The position numbers were made by a program, and so were the translations under genes. This document shows positions 59,551 to 64,000 of a DNA stretch of 64,000 bases, in pieces. Within the stretch, counting starts at the first letter, position 1. Each line of letters begins with the position of its first letter. The notes below the pieces were generated by a model. It was given only the letters and a program-made list of their open reading frames with translations, was not told the DNA's origin and did not search any database. Source of the DNA: Candidatus Poribacteria bacterium (lineage in GTDB: Bacteria; Poribacteria; WGA-4E; WGA-3G); contig OZ240248.1 in NCBI GenBank assembly GCA_965198235.1, positions 2,240,001 to 2,304,000 of the forward strand, written 5' to 3'.

Positions 59551-60645
59551 TTAGTCGTCGGGTTTCTTCCATTGTGCGTATCGCTGTAACGTTCGGATGT
59601 CAATATCTAACGATTTGGCTGCCTCACGGAGCGAGGCGTATTCCTTAATGCGCCTCTCGGCAACTGCGTGTAGGATTTGATTCTGGTTCATATCTCTTAT
59701 ATTGAGAAGTTCCCCTTCTTCAACCATTTTTGGAATATGCAAGTTACGCCAAGATTCTGGTGTCTGATTTGAGAATTCATGCACAATTGTATATTGTGTC
59801 TCTAAAGGGAGTGTTTCCCATATTGCCTGCCGCGTCTCCAACGGGAGTACTTGCCATATAGAGATGAGTGCTTGGGCGAGTTCTGGATAGAGGTCCGAAA
59901 AGTCTTTAGGTTCAAGTCTGTCCGTTGTTGCGAGTGCGACAGCCGCTTGAATGGTGCTCCTCAACTGACGGATGTTCCCGGGCCACGCAGCCTGCTCAAG
60001 ACGAGTGAGTGCTTCTGGGGTAATCCCAGTAATACTCTTTCCGTATTCCGCACTGAATTCACGAATAAAGGTTGCGGCTAAAGGCGCGATGTCCTCTGGA
60101 CGCTCGCGTAGCGGTGGGAGGTGAAACATCATTCCCTTGAGGCGGTAGTAGAGATCCTCTCTGAACTCCTTTTCCGCAACGGCTTTTTCAATGTCTCGGT
60201 TCGTTGCGGCGATGATATGGACATCCACCGTCAATACTTCATTTCCGCCGAGGCGTGTGAATGTGGCTGTGTCCAAGACGCGGAGTAACATCTTCTGTGC
60301 GTCCAAAGACATTTCTGGAACTTCATCGAGAAAGAGGATACCCCCATTTGCCATTTCAAACGCGCCTCGCCGCTGTCGGATTGCGCTCGTGAACGCTCCT
60401 GCTTCGTGTCCGAAGAGTTCGCTTTGCAAGAGTTCAGCGGAGAATCGTCCACAATTGATGGCGATGAAAGGTTTATCGTGCCGCGGACTGGTTTCGTGAA
60501 TGTATCTTGCGATGCCTTCCTTACCGACACCGGTTTCGCCAGTAATGAAGAATGGAATGTTTGATTGGACGACTTGCTGAATTGTTTTATAAATCGTCTG
60601 CATCGGTGCCGATGGCAATTGGATAAATACTGGTTGTTGTTGCAT
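59551..60645 (-). CDS. sigma54-interacting AAA+ activator (bEBP) without N-terminal sensor, paralog
   Basis: AAA+ core near-identical to 58061-59164; start MQQQ at 60645. Confidence 0.9.
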   Translation of the reverse strand: MQQQPVFIQLPSAPMQTIYKTIQQVVQSNIPFFITGETGVGKEGIARYIHETSPRHDKPFIAINCGRFSAELLQSELFGHEAGAFTSAIRQRRGAFEMANGGILFLDEVPEMSLDAQKMLLRVLDTATFTRLGGNEVLTVDVHIIAATNRDIEKAVAEKEFREDLYYRLKGMMFHLPPLRERPEDIAPLAATFIREFSAEYGKSITGITPEALTRLEQAAWPGNIRQLRSTIQAAVALATTDRLEPKDFSDLYPELAQALISIWQVLPLETRQAIWETLPLETQYTIVHEFSNQTPESWRNLHIPKMVEEGELLNIRDMNQNQILHAVAERRIKEYASLREAAKSLDIDIRTLQRYAQWKKPDD

Positions 60646-60691
60646 AGTAGTTCCCTTAAGCCCGAAGCGGTTCTTCTTATGCATTAAGTTG

Positions 60692-60708
60692 AGCAAATTT
60701 CGTGCCAA
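60692..60708 (-). promoter_or_regulatory. sigma54 (-24/-12) promoter
   Basis: On the - strand TTGGCACGAAATTTGCT matches TGGCAC-N5-TTGC. Confidence 0.75.
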
Positions 60709-61348
60709 TTCTTTTGATAAAATGCGGTATGCTATGCTAAGATTCCAAGCATATTATTCATCAGGATACCTCTACGAACACAGGTGTACCGTAGGTTTGT
60801 CAAAGGAAACGGAACCGTCTACTTTTTCCTTAAGAAACTACGGAGTCGAGTGAATATGAGCCATTTAAGAGCCTTCTTTCATTGTCGGGGCGCAGAAATT
60901 GAGAGATTCGGCGCAGAAATTGTTTAGTTTTCGATTTTCTTCAAAAGATGCCATGCTATAGAGTAAGGAACACGAAATTTCCTCCTATCAAAACCCTAAT
61001 TGCCACTTAATCAGATTAACGCGGATTGAGTTATTAGAAAGCATATCAAGATAATCCTATTTTTCAATATAATCTATTAACTTTCTTTGTCTCAGTATGA
61101 GTTAATAGCAATAAAATAGAAAATGAATCAAGATAAAGGCAATTTCATCCAACCGAGCGCAGCAGCTTTTGCAGGATATGACACATTTTATGCATTACAA
61201 AATACTATTTTTGTGTATTAATGATAAAAAGTAGCATGCAAACAGATCTCGTTTCTTCAATTAAAGTAGTATTTTATAAATAATAAAGGAACGTTTACAC
61301 GCCATTTGGTAAATCTGGTGGCTTCTTACAGCAGGATGGATAATACGT

Positions 61349-61981
61349 ATGGCAGATCAGCGGATGTCTCAGAACGAATTCGCAGTGTACATCGCTCAGA
61401 GAATCAGGACCGGTTATTCGCAATCTGGTGCCCCACAATTGATTGCACTGAGCGGACCTGATTGTGCAGGGAAGTCAACCCTCGCTGTTGATGTGCGAGT
61501 GCAGTTGAATCGTCTTGGTTTGGATATAACTTTGCTCTCAATAGATGCGTTTCTAATTCCGCGCTCTCTAAGGACATCGAATACGTCTGAACCTATTGCG
61601 TACTTTGAGAATGCTTTTGATTACGCTGCGCTTGTACGGACTCTTGAAACCGCCAAGAGCGGGTCATCTTCAGTTTCTTCGACCTCACGGGACATTGTTC
61701 TCATTGAAGGGGTCTTCCTACTACGAAGTGAACTTTGTCATTGGTGGGATCTTACGGTCTGGATAGAGGTAGACACTTCTGTGATTATGGCTCGAGCACT
61801 TAAGCGTGATAAAGAGTACTTTGGTGATGAAGGTACTGTGCGGCATGTTTACCAGAATCGGTGCCTTCCAGCACAGGATTACCATATACGTCGGGATTTA
61901 CCGAAGCAAAACGCTGACATCACTGCCACATTCGAGAAGAAGTTGTGGACTGTACACGCATCATTTGGGAAAGGGAATTGA
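61349..61981 (+). CDS. Uridine kinase-like P-loop kinase
   Basis: GPDCAGKST, SIDAF, IEGVFL, RD. Confidence 0.75.
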   Translation: MADQRMSQNEFAVYIAQRIRTGYSQSGAPQLIALSGPDCAGKSTLAVDVRVQLNRLGLDITLLSIDAFLIPRSLRTSNTSEPIAYFENAFDYAALVRTLETAKSGSSSVSSTSRDIVLIEGVFLLRSELCHWWDLTVWIEVDTSVIMARALKRDKEYFGDEGTVRHVYQNRCLPAQDYHIRRDLPKQNADITATFEKKLWTVHASFGKGN

Positions 61982-61986
61982 GACAA

Positions 61987-63207
61987 TCAGAAATAGACAC
62001 GAAATGAAGAAAAGAAAAGATTGGGATAGCTACCAAGTTCAGATTGCAATTGAGTAGAATCGCCGTTCTTAGGTCGCTTTCCGACGCTGATGAAACCGCC
62101 GACAGAGAGATGGATATCCTCTGCGACGTTATATGCGATCTGTGGAGCGATCCAGGTTGATGGGTCAGATAGGTTGAACAATATTTGACCGCTGAAACTA
62201 ACCAGCGGTGTTAGTTGATGGGTGAATCCGGGCGCGAGATAGTGGACACCCAGCAAGTAAACACCCCCACGGGTGTACGCCGGTTTATCTAAATTGGTAA
62301 GGAAATCTTCAGGTTTTTTCGTACCTGCTCCGTTGAAATGATATTCGATGAATGTGTAAGTCTCTCCACCGAAACTATAGTCGAAACCGACAGAGGTACG
62401 TAGATAGTTATTCAAGGCATCGGAGTCGTCATTGAACGGTTCGGTAAATACATAGGCGGTTTCCAACCAAAATCCCGCACCACCTATACCGCGTGCTATA
62501 TCAAAACCGACAAGCAGATCTCTTTGAAATTCCAATAATAGAATTGAGAAGTCTGTTTCTACGGCATTCAATTGTGTTCGGAGGAAGACAGCGCTTTTAT
62601 GAAAATTAAATTTGTTACCGAAAATGTATCCAGTATCTACTTCTCCCATGACCCCTATTGGAATACGAACCCGAATTGTATCTACACCAACACGGTCTTC
62701 AGTATCAAGTTGGTCGTAGGTGTAAGGAGCGATGATGTCGGTTGGGTTTATGATCCGTGCACTACCCCACGCTATTGCGTCTCGACCGATGGAGAAATCC
62801 GCGAAATCTGTGCTGAACTGAACAGAAGCGCGATCGAGGTTATGATAGATACCGACACTGCCGACTGGCTCATCCTTTCTGGGGTAGATCGGCGAGTCAA
62901 GATCAGCAACTCGGTAACGGGACGAAGTGCTACCAATGGCAATCGGAGACTGGGAAAAGAGTAAAGGGTCTTGAACCCGCGGCGTAAAGTCGTAGGCGAA
63001 GGCAAATGAAAGTGAGTCTACCGGTGCGTAAGAGAGGTTGAGACGCAGTCGGTTGACCACGACCCCCGTCATCGGTGCGTCTGGAAACGGTGAATTGAAA
63101 GTCGTGAAGAAGTTTTTGTAGTAACCACCAGTTTTGAGTTCAGCGTTGACGATTCCTACAAATGATGTTGTCATCAAACAGGTGATGAGTGCCAGAATTT
63201 TTCTCAT
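61987..63207 (-). CDS. Putative outer-membrane protein next to an ABC exporter
   Basis: Signal peptide, 'GR..I.WG', 'NPTD', 'GVD', terminal YF. Confidence 0.65.
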   Translation of the reverse strand: MRKILALITCLMTTSFVGIVNAELKTGGYYKNFFTTFNSPFPDAPMTGVVVNRLRLNLSYAPVDSLSFAFAYDFTPRVQDPLLFSQSPIAIGSTSSRYRVADLDSPIYPRKDEPVGSVGIYHNLDRASVQFSTDFADFSIGRDAIAWGSARIINPTDIIAPYTYDQLDTEDRVGVDTIRVRIPIGVMGEVDTGYIFGNKFNFHKSAVFLRTQLNAVETDFSILLLEFQRDLLVGFDIARGIGGAGFWLETAYVFTEPFNDDSDALNNYLRTSVGFDYSFGGETYTFIEYHFNGAGTKKPEDFLTNLDKPAYTRGGVYLLGVHYLAPGFTHQLTPLVSFSGQILFNLSDPSTWIAPQIAYNVAEDIHLSVGGFISVGKRPKNGDSTQLQSELGSYPNLFFSSFRVYF

Positions 63208-63300
63208 TTGAATAGTATCAGTCAGCAGAGGAGGAGTCATCAGTTATCAGCTAAAGAGGTGTCTGGTTTATCGAAACCTCTTGTGCCTGACGACTGACAA

Positions 63301-64000
63301 CTATTTTATCTCATCACTGTCTATTTGCCCATCGCGAAGCGTAATCAGACGCTGCGCACTCTCCATCACCATCGGATCGTGGGTTGAGAAGATGAACGTC
63401 ATACCGGTTTCGGCGTTAAGGCGACGCATCATCTCAAGCAGATCCGCACCCGTTTTCGAGTCGAGGTTTGCGGTCGGTTCGTCAGCGAGGATGATCGTAG
63501 GTTCGGAGACCATAGCACGCGCGATAGCAACGCGCTGCTGCTGCCCACCTGAAAGCTGCGTTGGTGTCCGGTCGGCAACCCCTTCTAACCCGACGGCTTC
63601 GAGCATTGTTATAACCCGCTCGTGCCGCTCTGATTTCGGTACGCCCGCCAAGAGCATGATGTACTCAACATTTTCTTCGACCGACAGCACAGGAATCAAG
63701 TTGTAAGCCTGAAAAACGAACCCGATGTTATCCCGTCGAAAGTCAGAGAGTTCATTACCGCTCATCTCTGATAGCACTTTGCCAGCAAGCCACACTTTTC
63801 CTTCTGTAGGATTATCCAACCCAGAGATGATGTTGAGAAAGGTTGTTTTGCCCGAACCAGAGGGACCCACCAGTGCCGTGAATTCTCCCGATTGGATGGT
63901 TAAATCGATCCCGTTAAGAGCGTTGACGGGAATTCCATCTGCTGCATAAACTTTTGTCACACCTTCTGTGACGATAACATCTGTTTTTTGTGTCTGTTCC
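63301..64000 (-). CDS. LolD/MacB-type ABC transporter ATP-binding protein, start at or beyond the window edge
   Basis: GPSGSGKT, LSGGQQQRV, ILADEPT, STHD. Confidence 0.92.
   Translation of the reverse strand, partial: EQTQKTDVIVTEGVTKVYAADGIPVNALNGIDLTIQSGEFTALVGPSGSGKTTFLNIISGLDNPTEGKVWLAGKVLSEMSGNELSDFRRDNIGFVFQAYNLIPVLSVEENVEYIMLLAGVPKSERHERVITMLEAVGLEGVADRTPTQLSGGQQQRVAIARAMVSEPTIILADEPTANLDSKTGADLLEMMRRLNAETGMTFIFSTHDPMVMESAQRLITLRDGQIDSDEIK

Noticed and set aside
58061-60645. DGR or IS-mediated repeat explanation for the duplicated bEBP cores
   Set aside because: Both copies are intact genes, core differences look mostly synonymous, and there are no IS ends or RT.
60646-60708. TTG-start extension of the upstream bEBP
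   Set aside because: The TTG is part of the sigma54 -24 element; alignment with the paralog supports ATG 60645.
1-64000. Numerous short antisense or alternate-frame ORFs; tRNA, rRNA or riboswitch candidates
   Set aside because: The short ORFs are shadows of well-supported genes; no recognisable tRNA, rRNA or riboswitch consensus was found by eye (an Infernal scan would be needed to exclude them).

Overview
Bacterial chromosomal window, most likely from a Candidatus Poribacteria-like sponge symbiont. This taxonomy is inferred from the expansion of LamG/DUF1080 secreted proteins sharing a C-terminal 'LAVxxxGKLxxTWGxLK' tail, several phytanoyl-CoA dioxygenases, Gfo/Idh/MocA and sugar-phosphate isomerase paralogs, and a DUF6785-type membrane protein. 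Most genes are catabolic or secreted. There is also a dispersed glycogen region (glgC, glgP, a GT3-like synthase, GH13_8-type glgB), plus hisB, dtd and uxuA. The most notable elements are: (1) an AT-rich islet with a double-HTH gene, a DUF3800 gene and a convergent ~140-nt structured ncRNA that has its own sigma70 promoter and terminator; (2) a translationally coupled pair of an Mrr-like nuclease-STAND NTPase and a HEPN protein, a putative antiphage system; (3) a shared C-terminal motif on seven proteins that may be a sorting signal; (4) a 5'-truncated IsrB/IscB-family remnant with an IS200/IS605-like right end; (5) a methyltransferase-HNH fusion; (6) four tandem Gfo/Idh/MocA paralogs; (7) duplicated sensor-less sigma54 activators behind a sigma54 promoter; (8) several REP/REPIN-like intergenic repeat families. 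No rRNA, tRNA or CRISPR array was recognised. All family assignments come from motif recognition by eye, not database searches.
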